Source: an uncultured Dehalococcoidales bacterium (GTDB lineage Bacteria; Chloroflexota; Dehalococcoidia; Dehalococcoidales; DAOVUZ01). From it: DNA of 44,536 nucleotides. The translations under genes and the position numbers were made by a program. Location: assembly GCA_964616615.1 (NCBI GenBank), contig CAZTRJ010000005.1, forward strand, positions 1-44,536. Reading direction: 5' to 3'. This document shows, piece after piece, positions 18,731-28,835 of the stretch; positions within the stretch are counted from its first letter, which is position 1; each line of letters opens with the position of its first letter. Below the pieces are notes generated by a model. The model was not told the DNA's origin. It saw only the letters and a program-made list of their open reading frames with translations, and did not search any database.

Positions 18731-19483
18731 TCATAGCCAGGCTCCAGCCATACCTCCGTCCACACTGAGCACCTGCCCGGTAATATACCTTGCCTCTTCC
18801 GAAGCCAGAAAAGCCACCGCCTCAGCCACATCACAGGGAGAACCGAAGTAACCGAGAGGGATTTGCTTCTTGAGCTGCTGCTTCCAGTCTTCTTCCAGCC
18901 GCTGGGTCATCTCAGTATCAATAAAGCCAGGGGCAATAGCATTAGCCGTGATACCACGAGCAGCCACTTCCTTGGCAACCGTCCGGGTAAGGCCAATAAT
19001 GCCGGCTTTAGCTGAAGCATAGTTAGCCTGTCCCGGGTTGCCCACCAGCCCAACAATACTGGCAATACTGATAATTCTACCCCAGCGCTGCTTAATCATA
19101 TGTCTTAATACCGCTCGGGCACAAAGAAAAACGCTCCTCAGGTTGACACTTAATACCTTGTCCCAGTCTTCGTCCGACATCCGGATGATAAGCTGGTCCC
19201 GGGCAATGCCAGCATTATTTACTAAAATATCGACCTTCCCATAAGCAGCTATAGTTTCTTCCACCAGCCTGGCGACATCTGATGATGAACTCACATCAGC
19301 CAGAACCGCCAGACTCTGCCCACCCATAGCCTTGATTTCCTCAGCCACACTGCCAACAGGAGAATCCTCACCAATATCATTGACGACGACGGTAGCCCCA
19401 ACCTCAGCCAATTTCAGAGAAATAGCCCGCCCTATGCCCCGACCACTGCCAGTAACTATCGCCACCCTATTAGCAAGATTCAT
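18731..19483 (-). CDS. fabG: 3-oxoacyl-ACP reductase
   Basis: TGSGRGIG, NNAGI, YASAK, PGFIDT. Confidence 0.95.
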   Translation of the reverse strand: MNLANRVAIVTGSGRGIGRAISLKLAEVGATVVVNDIGEDSPVGSVAEEIKAMGGQSLAVLADVSSSSDVARLVEETIAAYGKVDILVNNAGIARDQLIIRMSDEDWDKVLSVNLRSVFLCARAVLRHMIKQRWGRIISIASIVGLVGNPGQANYASAKAGIIGLTRTVAKEVAARGITANAIAPGFIDTEMTQRLEEDWKQQLKKQIPLGYFGSPCDVAEAVAFLASEEARYITGQVLSVDGGMAGAWL

Positions 19484-19506
19484 AATCGCCTCCTTGGGTT
19501 TTAACT

Positions 19507-19807
19507 TAGTAACCCTATCCCCTTTATCCCCTTCCCCTTAATAAGGGGAAGGGGAGGATAATTTCTTTAGAGGGGCTTCGCCCCTCTAAAACTCCCCCAA
19601 TTACTACTCCAGAGCAAGCAGAAGGGGAAATATTCCATAAAGAAAGGCTCTGTCTTTCTTTAACTCTCCTAGTATTTGCCCGCCCAAACAAGGTTGCTTA
19701 TCAAGGGAAGATTGAAGGGGCGAAGCCCCTTCAAAACCTCTAGTTCCCCCTCATGCAAGGAAGATATTCCTATCATGGAGAGGGGGATAAAGGGGGTGAG
19801 GTTGATA
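19507..19807. repeat. G/C-run palindromic repeat, composite copy 5 with inverted units at both ends
   Basis: TAGTAACCCTATCCCCTTTATCCCCTTCCCCTT.. at the left; GGGGGATAAAGGGGGTGAGGTTGATA at the right; hairpins at 19571-19585 and 19716-19730. Confidence 0.85.
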
Positions 19808-19817
19808 GACAACCCCC

Positions 19818-20741
19818 CTAACAAACTATTTTTCTAATAGCCGGGACATCACCTATATTTATCAGCTTAACCCCTCTGTTTATTCGTTTAATGAGACCGG
19901 TAAGCACTCTGCCCGGCCCTATCTCAATAAAGGTAGACACCTCATCATTTACCATATACTCAATTGAGGGCTGCCACCGAACGCAATGGCACAGTTGCCC
20001 CAGCAACTCTGCCTTAACCAATTCAGCAGTGGTCAATGGCTGGGCGGTAGTATTAGCTATAATAGGAATAGCTGGGTCGTCAAAGGAAAGGGTAGCTATA
20101 ATCTCAGCCATACCATCAACTGCCGACTGCATCAGTGGCGTATGAAAGGCACCACTTACCGCCAATGGGATGGTGCGATAAGCCCCTCTGCTACTAGCTA
20201 AATCTACAGCCTGGGTTAAATTCTCCTTTGCCCCACTGATTACTAGCTGACCAGGGCAGTTAATATTAGCAATTCGGGTATTCGTCTGGACACATACCTC
20301 AGCCAATGAAGCTTCATCAAGCCCGATTATTGCCACCATGCCTCCAGGTTGGCTCAGCCCAGCTTCATCCATTAACCGCCCCCTCTCTCGGGTCAGATAA
20401 ACAGCATCGGCAAAATCAAGCACTCTGGCTGCTGCCAGTGCCGTATATTCACCCAGGCTATGACCAGCAACAAAGGCAGGGGATGGTAACCCATTGCTAC
20501 CGCTCACATCATAGATAGCCTTCAGGCAAGCAAAACTGACGGTTACTATTGCTGGTTGAGCATTGATAGTCTGACGAAGCTCGTCTTCTGGCCCGTCAAA
20601 GCATAACTTGGATAGGGGAAAGCTTAAAGCCTCGTCAGCCTGCTTAAAGACGGCTTTAGCTGAATCAAAATTATCATAAAGGTCACGACCCATGCCTACC
20701 CACTGAGAACCCTGACCGGGAAAGACATAGGCTACCTTCAT
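19818..20741 (-). CDS. fabD: malonyl-CoA:ACP transacylase
   Basis: FPGQGSQ, GHSLGEY, AFHT, EIGPG. Confidence 0.96.
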   Translation of the reverse strand: MKVAYVFPGQGSQWVGMGRDLYDNFDSAKAVFKQADEALSFPLSKLCFDGPEDELRQTINAQPAIVTVSFACLKAIYDVSGSNGLPSPAFVAGHSLGEYTALAAARVLDFADAVYLTRERGRLMDEAGLSQPGGMVAIIGLDEASLAEVCVQTNTRIANINCPGQLVISGAKENLTQAVDLASSRGAYRTIPLAVSGAFHTPLMQSAVDGMAEIIATLSFDDPAIPIIANTTAQPLTTAELVKAELLGQLCHCVRWQPSIEYMVNDEVSTFIEIGPGRVLTGLIKRINRGVKLINIGDVPAIRKIVC

Positions 20742-20821
20742 CGGCTCAGCCTCTCTTCTAGATTAATGCCGCCACAATGTAACCAAAAAGCGGCTCTAAT
20801 CCTGTAACCGCTCATCGGTCA

Positions 20822-21022
20822 TCAGCCAGCCTTCTTTTTCGAGCTCTTAATCTCAATGACCTCCCTGCCAGCATAGCTGCCACAGACAGGACAAACATGG
20901 TGAGGCAGTTTAGGACTATGGCATTGAGGGCAAAAGTCCCGAGGAGGAGAAGACAGGCTAATATGGCTACGCCGCTTACCCCGACGTGCCTTAGCTATTT
21001 TTCGCTTCGGTAAAGCTCCCAT
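20822..21022 (-). CDS. rpmF: 50S ribosomal protein L32 (zinc-ribbon type)
   Basis: ALPKRK..RRSH, CPQC, PHHVCPVCGSY. Confidence 0.95.
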   Translation of the reverse strand: MGALPKRKIAKARRGKRRSHISLSSPPRDFCPQCHSPKLPHHVCPVCGSYAGREVIEIKSSKKKAG

Positions 21023-21121
21023 AACCTACTCCGTTCCTGGTGAAATTCTAAACAAACTCTAATTTCAAAATGACAAACTGCTTTGAGTTTTTAACTTCGT
21101 CATCGGCAAGGATTTATGTCA

Positions 21122-21631
21122 TCACCTATAAAGCAATTTACTTAACTCAGACCAGCGAGGGTCCATCCCCCGAGACGGGCAATCACAAGGTCCGTAGTTA
21201 AGATTGTGACCGCAATTGGGGCATAACCCGGCACAATCTTCACTACAAAGCGGCTTCATCGGGATAGCCAGTAGCGCATACTGACATACCGCCTCGGTTA
21301 AATCAAGGGTATGATGTTCATCAATAGTAAAGCAACCGGGCTCATCAGGCACAGGCAGCCAGGCACCAGTAACTACATCAACCGTAGGGAAATATTCCTC
21401 CTCAATATTCAGAGCCAGAGGACAACTAAACAAACTCACACAGCGGCTACAGGTAACCTCAACCTCAGTGTGTAGTGTACCTTTAGCCAGGATACCACGG
21501 TCGGTACGCATCAACCTAAGCTCACCCTGAACCAGGCTACCAGCACCAGCAATATCAACAACCTCACTCACCTCATAATTTCGCATTGAGCCTATAGAGG
21601 ATTTAAGCAACTGAGAAACATTTATCGGCAT
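21122..21631 (-). CDS. DUF177/YceD family protein
   Basis: CSRC, PMKPLC..DCAGLCPNCG, DPRW; upstream of rpmF; GAGGTGG SD before ATG 21631. Confidence 0.92.
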   Translation of the reverse strand: MPINVSQLLKSSIGSMRNYEVSEVVDIAGAGSLVQGELRLMRTDRGILAKGTLHTEVEVTCSRCVSLFSCPLALNIEEEYFPTVDVVTGAWLPVPDEPGCFTIDEHHTLDLTEAVCQYALLAIPMKPLCSEDCAGLCPNCGHNLNYGPCDCPSRGMDPRWSELSKLLYR

Positions 21632-21711
21632 TATATTCCACCTCAACTCGAGCTGGAGTCAGCTTATTATAAGCTGAGCCGCATCCTTAGTGCAAGCTTA
21701 ATCCACAATAT

Positions 21712-22869
21712 TCATTCACGCATTGCCTTCCTCTTCCTGAGTTCAGAGGCGATGGCATTTCTCAGGACCTGATTGGTGCCTTCATATATCTGGGTGATTT
21801 TGGCATCTCTCATCATTTTCTCAACAGGATAATCACGCATGTAACCAACGCCACCAAAAACCTGCACCGCATCAGTAGTAACTCTCATCGCTGTATCTGA
21901 AGCAAAGACCTTAGCCATAGCCGCTTCTTCGGTAAAGTTCCTGGCTCCGCTATCTATCGTCCTGGCGGCGGCATAAACCAGTAACCTGGCGGCTTCCACC
22001 TGGATATCCATGTCAGCTAGCATGTGCTGGACAGCTTGAATAGAAATGATAGGGTGCTCAAATTGGATACGCTGTTGAGCATAGTCTACCGCCGCCTCCA
22101 AAGCTCCTTGAGCCAGCCCCACCGCTTGAGCTCCTATCCCGGGGCGGGAGCAGTCTAGCACCCTCATCGTCATAATAAATCCCATTCCCTCCCGACCAAT
22201 CATATTCTCCTCAGGAACCAGACAATCTTCGAAAACCAGTTCCCTGGTTGAAGAAGCACGAATGCCCATCTTCTTCTCTTTCCTGCCAAAAGAAAAGCCG
22301 GGCGTGCCCTTCTCCACCAGGAAAGCGCTAGCGCCACGGGCACCCTTTGCCTTGTTCGTCAAAGCAATAACGGTATATATCTCAGCCTCACCGCCGTTGG
22401 TGATAAACTGCTTAGTTCCGTTAAGCATATAGCCCCCCTTTACTCGATTGGCAGTAGTTTTTATGGCACCGGCATCACTGCCGGCGGTGGCCTCAGTCAG
22501 AGCAAAGGCAGCTAGCTTCTTTCCCGAGGCAATATCAGGCAGGTATTTCCGCTTCTGTTCTTCAGTTCCATACATTGTCAGGGGAAAGCTTCCCAGTGTG
22601 CTAGCAGCATAGCTAATAGCTATACCACTACATACTCGGCTTAGCTCTTCCACAACCAGACACAGCGTAAGGCATCCTTCGCCTACACCCCCATATTCTT
22701 CAGGAATAAAGACACCAAACATGTCAGCATCGGCGAGGTTTTTCATTATCGTCCAAGGGAACTCTTCCCCCTGGTCAAGCTCTGCCCGAACTGGTAGTAT
22801 CTTTTCCTCGGCTATCGTTCTTGCCAGACGCTTTATTGCCTTTTGTTGCTCACTTAACAAATACTCCAA
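21712..22869 (-). CDS. acyl-CoA dehydrogenase
   Basis: ALTEATAGSD, GTKQFITNG, KMGIRAS, FGGVGYM, IYEGTNQV; GGGAGG SD before TTG 22869. Confidence 0.93.
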   Translation of the reverse strand: MEYLLSEQQKAIKRLARTIAEEKILPVRAELDQGEEFPWTIMKNLADADMFGVFIPEEYGGVGEGCLTLCLVVEELSRVCSGIAISYAASTLGSFPLTMYGTEEQKRKYLPDIASGKKLAAFALTEATAGSDAGAIKTTANRVKGGYMLNGTKQFITNGGEAEIYTVIALTNKAKGARGASAFLVEKGTPGFSFGRKEKKMGIRASSTRELVFEDCLVPEENMIGREGMGFIMTMRVLDCSRPGIGAQAVGLAQGALEAAVDYAQQRIQFEHPIISIQAVQHMLADMDIQVEAARLLVYAAARTIDSGARNFTEEAAMAKVFASDTAMRVTTDAVQVFGGVGYMRDYPVEKMMRDAKITQIYEGTNQVLRNAIASELRKRKAMRE

Positions 22870-23184
22870 GATAATCCTCCCTTTTTCCATTAGTCAATTA
22901 CTTATCGTGGCTAGGGGGAATACACACCCACAGCTAAGTCTGTTATTATAAGCCGAGTTACATAGTTACTGTCAAGCTAGCAACAAAGCGCATTGGCACC
23001 TGAGCCTGAACCAAGTAAAATTCACTTGGGGCAAGGTAGATGCGACAGATTCCGAACCACCCGTCCTTGATGCAATAAGGGCGAATGGCGAGTTGAGTTC
23101 TACCTTTTCAACACAAGTGGGGAGAGGTACGAGTCAGTTGTGCCTGTGAAACCACTGTTTCCGGGCCTTATAAGGAGTATCAAG

Positions 23185-23379
23185 TTACGGTTTCTGAATA
23201 GAGTGCTGATGATGGCTAATTTCCTGCTTCTTTTCTTCTGCCAGGTATTTCTCAGGGGATTGGTCAAAGGCTTTCTTGCAGCCTGCGGCACAGAAGTAGT
23301 ATTTCTTTCCCTTGTACTCGGAGGTGGCGGCTGCCTTGGTCTCATCAACCTCCATCTTGCAAACTGGGTCAATTGCCAT
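23185..23379 (-). CDS. YHS/TRASH metal-binding protein
   Basis: DPVCKM, YYFCAAGC; GGGAGG SD; downstream of copA. Confidence 0.88.
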   Translation of the reverse strand: MAIDPVCKMEVDETKAAATSEYKGKKYYFCAAGCKKAFDQSPEKYLAEEKKQEISHHQHSIQKP

Positions 23380-23396
23380 TGGAGCACCTCCCTTAA

Positions 23397-25679
23397 TCAG
23401 TTTTCAAGTTTAGTTGGCTTAAACCTTCTTAGACGGAGTGAGTTGAATACTACGGTTATAGAGCTAATGGTCATTGCTGCAGCAGCTAAGATTGGATTCA
23501 GAAATCCATAGTCACCCAGAATGAAATGAAGCCCTGAGGGAACACCGGTTTGGCCGAAGGCAAGGTACAACACTCCTGCTGCTACCGGGATAAGAGCAGT
23601 ATTATAGGCAAACGCCCAGAAGAGGTTCTGCTTAATCGTCCTCATGGTGCGTTTGCTCAGGGATATAGCCGTTACAATTCCGCCTAGATCACCGCTAATC
23701 AGCGTGATGTCCCCTGTCTCCATGGCAACATCGGTGCCGGTGCCGAGGGCAACACCAACATCTGCCTGAGCTAGTGCCGGAGCATCGTTTATCCCGTCAC
23801 CTACCATTGCCACCACCTTTCCCTCATTCTGAAGCTTTTCTACCTCCTGAGCCTTATGCTCCGGAAGTACCTCAGCCAAAATACGGTCAATGCCTACCTC
23901 TTGGGCAATAGCCTGAGCGGTGCGCTGATTGTCTCCAGTGAGCATCCCTATCTCAATACCCATTTTATGTAGCGCTCTCAGCGCCTCTTTGGCGTTGGGC
24001 TTAAGGGTATCAGCCACAGCAATGATGCCCACTACCTGGCTATCTACGCCTAAAAACATCACTGTCTTACCTTTTTCCCATAGGCGCTCTGCTTCTTCCC
24101 CCAATCCGTTCAGGGAAAGGCCCCTATCCGTTATTAATCTAAGGTTACCCAGCAAAAGCTGTTTCCCGACCAATGAAGCCTCGACACCTTGTCCTGGGAT
24201 GGCGTTAAAGTCTAAGGTTGGGGCAACTTCCAGCTTCTTCTCCAGAGCTGCGTTGACTATGGCCGCGCCCAGCGGATGTTCTGAGCCATATTCCGCAGAC
24301 GCCGCTAGCTGAAGAACCTCTTTCTGGGAAGAAAAGGGGGTAGCGATGACATCGGTCACCTTAGGTTCGCCCTGGGTGAGTGTACCCGTTTTGTCCAGCA
24401 GTATGGTACCTATTTGGTGAGACCTTTCCAATGCTTCAGCATTCCGGATAAGAATACCCTGCTCAGCTCCTCTACCGGTGCCTACCATAATTGCGGTGGG
24501 AGTGGCCAGTCCCATGGCACAGGGGCAGGCAATAATGAGCACAGCAACAAAGTTGAGGAAGGCGAAGGTCAAGGTTGGGGCTGGCCCTACAAAGTACCAG
24601 AGGGCGAAGGTACCAACAGCGATGCCAATCACCATCGGTACGAAGTAACTGGCGATGACATCGGCTAGTCGTTGAATAGGTGCCTTGCTTCCCTGGGCTT
24701 CCTCCACCAGCCGGATAATTTGAGCCAGTGTTGTATCCTTACCTACCTTGGTAGCCTCAAATTGAAAACTACCTGTTTTATTGATGGAACCACCGATAAC
24801 CTCATCATCCGTTTTTTTCTCCACCGGGATGCTCTCTCCGGTAATCATAGACTCATCAATACTGGAATACCCCTGTTGAATGATGCCGTCCACAGGAACT
24901 CGCTCACCCGGTCGCACCAAGATGATATCACCAACCTGGACATCTACGATGGGGATTTCCATCTCCTTGCTATCACGAATAACGAGAGCCGTCTTCGGCT
25001 GCATGCCAATAAGTTTCTTTATCGCCTCTGAGGTCTGTCCTCTAGCTCTAGCCTCGAGAAAACGGCCAAGGAGAATCAGGGTAATTATCATGGCTGAGGT
25101 GTCGAAGTAGAGATGTGGTTCCAGTCCGCCAGCGGTAAGAAGTCTGGGAGAGAGAACAACTATCATACTGTAAAAATAGGCAGCCGAAGTGCCTACAGCA
25201 ATGAGGGTATTCATGTCGGCGGTTCGATGCCTGAGTGCTCCCCAGGTCCCAAGGTAAAATCGCCAGCCTGCCCAGAACTGTACCGGTGTCGCCAGAGCCC
25301 AGAGCAGGTAGGCCTTGCCTATAAAGAGGGGAGTCCACATTAGAGCCATGATTGTGCCCGCTAGGATAGCTGCCAAGATAAACTTGTTCCGTATGGTTCT
25401 AATCTCCCGCTGGGCAGCAGTGGTAACATCTTCTAAGGTCTCTGCTTCTGAGCCTAGTTCATAGCCAGCGTCTTTCACTGCCCATCTGAGGTCAGCTAAT
25501 TCCGTTCCCTCGATATATTCTACAGTAGCTTTCTCTGAAGCCAGATTCACATTAGCCGAAATTACCCCAGGCACGCTTGACAGAGCTTGCTCTACGCGGG
25601 CAACACAGGAGGCACAGGTCATACCGGTAATGTGGATATGAGCCTTCTCAGACTTTTTGGACTTTGATTTCTCCGCCAT
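23397..25679 (-). CDS. copA: Cu(I)-type P1B ATPase with a single HMA domain
   Basis: GMTCASC, TGES, CPC, DKTGT, SEHP, GDGIND, YN and MxxSS transmembrane ligands. Confidence 0.93.
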   Translation of the reverse strand: MAEKSKSKKSEKAHIHITGMTCASCVARVEQALSSVPGVISANVNLASEKATVEYIEGTELADLRWAVKDAGYELGSEAETLEDVTTAAQREIRTIRNKFILAAILAGTIMALMWTPLFIGKAYLLWALATPVQFWAGWRFYLGTWGALRHRTADMNTLIAVGTSAAYFYSMIVVLSPRLLTAGGLEPHLYFDTSAMIITLILLGRFLEARARGQTSEAIKKLIGMQPKTALVIRDSKEMEIPIVDVQVGDIILVRPGERVPVDGIIQQGYSSIDESMITGESIPVEKKTDDEVIGGSINKTGSFQFEATKVGKDTTLAQIIRLVEEAQGSKAPIQRLADVIASYFVPMVIGIAVGTFALWYFVGPAPTLTFAFLNFVAVLIIACPCAMGLATPTAIMVGTGRGAEQGILIRNAEALERSHQIGTILLDKTGTLTQGEPKVTDVIATPFSSQKEVLQLAASAEYGSEHPLGAAIVNAALEKKLEVAPTLDFNAIPGQGVEASLVGKQLLLGNLRLITDRGLSLNGLGEEAERLWEKGKTVMFLGVDSQVVGIIAVADTLKPNAKEALRALHKMGIEIGMLTGDNQRTAQAIAQEVGIDRILAEVLPEHKAQEVEKLQNEGKVVAMVGDGINDAPALAQADVGVALGTGTDVAMETGDITLISGDLGGIVTAISLSKRTMRTIKQNLFWAFAYNTALIPVAAGVLYLAFGQTGVPSGLHFILGDYGFLNPILAAAAMTISSITVVFNSLRLRRFKPTKLEN

Positions 25680-25722
25680 TGTCTCCTCTTTAAACTCTCC
25701 TTACAGGCTACCCTATTTATGA

Positions 25723-26535
25723 TTAACCGAAGGCGACGTCAAGTAACATCATTACTGCAAAGCCAACCATCCCGCCCATGGTGGCTAAATCCGTATTGCC
25801 GCCGCGCTGCGCTTCTGGGACTACCTCCTCTATCACGACAAATATCATAGCACCGGCAGCAAAAGCCAAAGCGTATGGCAGGATAGGCTGGGCAATGATA
25901 ACGGCCGCAGCTCCAATAACACCAGCGACGGGTTCAACAACTGCGGATAGTTGTCCATACCAGAAGCTCTTCCGACGAGACATACCTTCACGGCGAAGAG
26001 GTATGGAAACTGCCAGCCCCTCAGGGAAGTTCTGAATACCGATGCCGATGGCCAGAGCAATAGCCGCTCCCAAAGTAGCCGAAGGTAAACCGACAGCAAG
26101 AGCTCCGAAGGCCACCCCAACGGCAAGACCTTCAGGGATGTTATGCAGTGTTATAGCCAGAACGAGCAAGGTGCTTCGCTGCCAGCTTGTCTTGATCCCC
26201 TCCGCTTCCTCAGTGGCAAAGCCAAGGTGTAGATGGGGTAGTACCTTATCAGCACCTCTCAGAAAGATACCGCCAAACAAGAAGCCTACAACAGCCGGAA
26301 CCCATGCCGGGATGTCCTTCCCTTGTGACATCTCAATAGCTGGCGCCAGTAGCGACCAGTAGCTGGCAGCAATCATAACCCCACCAGCAAAACCAAGCAT
26401 TGCATCGAGGAACCGTCGGCTTATGTCCTTGGCAGTAAATACGGCAGCTGCCCCCAAAGCAGTCATGGCCCAGGTAAAGCATGTTGCCAGAAGCGCCTGT
26501 ATAACCGGGTGAAGGTTTTGAAAAAAATACATCAT
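25723..26535 (-). CDS. ZIP family metal transporter (GufA/ZupT-like)
   Basis: LHNIPEG, QNFPEG, multiple hydrophobic helices. Confidence 0.92.
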   Translation of the reverse strand: MMYFFQNLHPVIQALLATCFTWAMTALGAAAVFTAKDISRRFLDAMLGFAGGVMIAASYWSLLAPAIEMSQGKDIPAWVPAVVGFLFGGIFLRGADKVLPHLHLGFATEEAEGIKTSWQRSTLLVLAITLHNIPEGLAVGVAFGALAVGLPSATLGAAIALAIGIGIQNFPEGLAVSIPLRREGMSRRKSFWYGQLSAVVEPVAGVIGAAAVIIAQPILPYALAFAAGAMIFVVIEEVVPEAQRGGNTDLATMGGMVGFAVMMLLDVAFG

Positions 26536-26565
26536 GCTTTCAACCCAGCTCAGACAGAAGGTTTC

Positions 26566-27201
26566 TTATTCCGTAAATTCAACCGCTACTTCTTTAACAT
26601 CCCAAAGTGGTTCTATCTTCTCCACAATTTCTTCCTTCATGGCGGAAGCAAACTGGTTATCCGCAGGCAAATCCACAATCACTCGCACAGCTCCATCCTT
26701 TACCTCAATATCTTTCACCAAGTTAGTGCGAACCAAGTCTAACCCGCTTAATGGATTCATGACTTTCTTCAGGCGGCTACGCACCGTCTCCACTGTGGTC
26801 GGTTTTTTCTCCTTGACCAGGCCGTGGCGCTCTTCATAGTTTTCAATGGCGGAACGTAAGCCTTCTACCGCAAGTACTGAGCAATGAGCCTTGATTTTGG
26901 GAAGTCCTCCCAGTGCTTCCGAAGCTTCCTTCCAGGTGATATTCTTGGCTTCATCCAGTGTTTTCCCCTTGGCCAGTTCGGTAATGATAGAGCCGGTGGC
27001 AATGTTAGAAGCACAGCCGTAAGATTCAAACTTGATGTCGGTGAGTTTATTGGTATTGGGGTCAACACTTATGTAGACCGAAACCATATCGCCGCAGGCT
27101 GGACTACCCTCTATTGTCTTTCCGTCGGCATTCTCAATCTTGCCCACATTGCGAGGATGGCGGAAGTGTTCCAGCACAGTTTCACTATATGGGAATTTCA
27201 T
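26566..27201 (-). CDS. iscU: IscU/NifU-N scaffold fused to a C-terminal DUF59-like domain
   Basis: HFRHPRNVG, ACGD, YGCAS, LPKIKAHC; C-terminal V.NPL..LDLV..LVKDI without Cys. Confidence 0.88.
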   Translation of the reverse strand: MKFPYSETVLEHFRHPRNVGKIENADGKTIEGSPACGDMVSVYISVDPNTNKLTDIKFESYGCASNIATGSIITELAKGKTLDEAKNITWKEASEALGGLPKIKAHCSVLAVEGLRSAIENYEERHGLVKEKKPTTVETVRSRLKKVMNPLSGLDLVRTNLVKDIEVKDGAVRVIVDLPADNQFASAMKEEIVEKIEPLWDVKEVAVEFTE

Positions 27202-27215
27202 TTCTATCTCTCCTA

Positions 27216-28388
27216 TTATTCTTTCTCTTTGCCCAACGGGCTGATACTCCTCAACTCCTGCACCACCTCAGCCAGCGTCTCAACCACGGTGTCGACATCT
27301 TCCATAGTGTTGTAACGCCCAAAGGTAAAACGAATCGAACCGTGTGCCCTTTCGTGGTCACCGCCGATTCCAAATATCACATGGCTGCCCTCCAGAGAGC
27401 GGCTGAAACAGGCAGAGCCGGTGCTTACGGCGATACCATGCATATCAAGATGCAGGGTGATAGATTCACCTTCCACAAAATGGAACGTAATATTGGCATT
27501 CTGCGGAAGTCTCTTCCAGCGATGGCCGTTGAGGGTACTGTTTGGTATCTCGGTAATCATACGGTCAATAATACGGTCACACATAGCTTGTAGCCGCTCG
27601 GTTTCTTCCGGGGTGACCAGTTGTACCGCTTTGGCAAATCCCACTGCACTAGGTATGTTTTCCAGCCCCGCGCGAAGGTTAAACTCCTGAAATCCACCAT
27701 CTACCCATTTGGCTATTGGTGTTCCTTGACGGATATACAGGCCTCCTATACCCTTTGGTCCGTGTATGGTATGGGCAGACACGGTGACTAAATCCACTGG
27801 TATTTCAGTCAAGTCGATAGGGACTCGGGGGAAGGTATGAGTGGCATCAGTATGAAAAAGCACCCCTTTCCCACGACAGATACGACTGATACTTTCGATA
27901 TCCTGAATGGTGCCAATCTCCTGGTTGGCATGCTGGATGGAAACTAGAATGGTCTCACCTGTTATAGAATCTGCCAGCTTGCCAAGGTCTACCAAGCCAT
28001 CACTATCCACGTCCAGATAGGTCACCCGGAAGCCCTGTTTCTCCAGGGTTCTTACACTGTAGAGTACAGGAAAATCTTCGATTTTTGACACGATTACGTG
28101 TTTGCCCTTCTTCTCACCAAGAGCCAAGGCCACTCCCTTCAGGGCAATGTTCGAGGATTCGGTACTTCCTGATGTAAAAATGAACTCTTCAGGTGCCGCT
28201 CCCATAGTTGTAGCAACAGCCTCTCTAGCCCCGTCTAGAGCTTCTCGGGCTTCTATACCCTGCGAGTAGGCAAACTCCGAGGTGGCTACAGCGTACTTAT
28301 CGAAATAGTACGGCATCATTGCCTCCAGTACTCGCTCGTCAAGCCGGGTAGCCGCTGCGTTGTCCAGATAAACAGGCCTGTTAGACAT
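27216..28388 (-). CDS. IscS/NifS-like protein lacking the PLP-binding lysine (probable pseudo-desulfurase)
   Basis: YLDNAAAT, FTSGSTES, ANQEIGT, STGSAC and SIRFT retained; SAHTIHGPKG replaces SxHKxxGPKG; IEDFPV replaces xEHxxV. Confidence 0.88.
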   Translation of the reverse strand: MSNRPVYLDNAAATRLDERVLEAMMPYYFDKYAVATSEFAYSQGIEAREALDGAREAVATTMGAAPEEFIFTSGSTESSNIALKGVALALGEKKGKHVIVSKIEDFPVLYSVRTLEKQGFRVTYLDVDSDGLVDLGKLADSITGETILVSIQHANQEIGTIQDIESISRICRGKGVLFHTDATHTFPRVPIDLTEIPVDLVTVSAHTIHGPKGIGGLYIRQGTPIAKWVDGGFQEFNLRAGLENIPSAVGFAKAVQLVTPEETERLQAMCDRIIDRMITEIPNSTLNGHRWKRLPQNANITFHFVEGESITLHLDMHGIAVSTGSACFSRSLEGSHVIFGIGGDHERAHGSIRFTFGRYNTMEDVDTVVETLAEVVQELRSISPLGKEKE

Positions 28389-28400
28389 TTCCTTCTCCTA

Positions 28401-28820
28401 TCATATGAACAGAGTTACTGTTGATTCCTTAGCCTCATTTATGTAGGTACCAACTGCGCAGTAATCCGATATCAAATCATCACGGAGGTCTTCTTTCTTT
28501 ATCCCCATTATCTCCATGGTCATGTCACAGGCAAGGAGTTTGCCTCCAAGTTCCTTAAAGTCCTGTAGGAGCTTCTCAAGGGAGGCTACACCGACCTTCT
28601 TCATCTTCCGTTTCACCATCCACTTACCGAGTCCCAGCATGTTCATTTTGGACAGAGCCCCCTTTTCCAGACCGCCTTTCTTGAGACGCTGAAGCCCCCA
28701 GAACGTGAAGTAGAGTGATACTTCCATCCCCATTGACAGAGCGCCATTGGCGATAATAAGGGCGCTGTAAACCTTGTCCATATCACCACTGTGAACTATT
28801 ATGGTAGCTTTGTCAGCCAT
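28401..28820 (-). CDS. DsrE/DsrF/DrsH-like sulfur carrier
   Basis: SGDMDK, YFTFWGL, LLACDMTMEIMG, terminal TLFI. Confidence 0.88.
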   Translation of the reverse strand: MADKATIIVHSGDMDKVYSALIIANGALSMGMEVSLYFTFWGLQRLKKGGLEKGALSKMNMLGLGKWMVKRKMKKVGVASLEKLLQDFKELGGKLLACDMTMEIMGIKKEDLRDDLISDYCAVGTYINEAKESTVTLFI

Positions 28821-28835
28821 GGTCGCTTCCTCCTT

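Noticed and set aside
21043-21103. AT-rich tract with AAAATGACAAA resembling the island operator
   Set aside because: Only a short half-site match in an unrelated housekeeping spacer; insufficient support.
22945-22975. TTGACA/TATAAT promoter for the acyl-CoA dehydrogenase
   Set aside because: The hexamers are perfect but the spacing is 19 nt; plausible yet not listed as a confident feature.
23100-23511. ORFs 23100-23387 (-) and 23140-23511 (+)
   Set aside because: Alternative-frame and antisense shadows of the YHS gene and the copA end.
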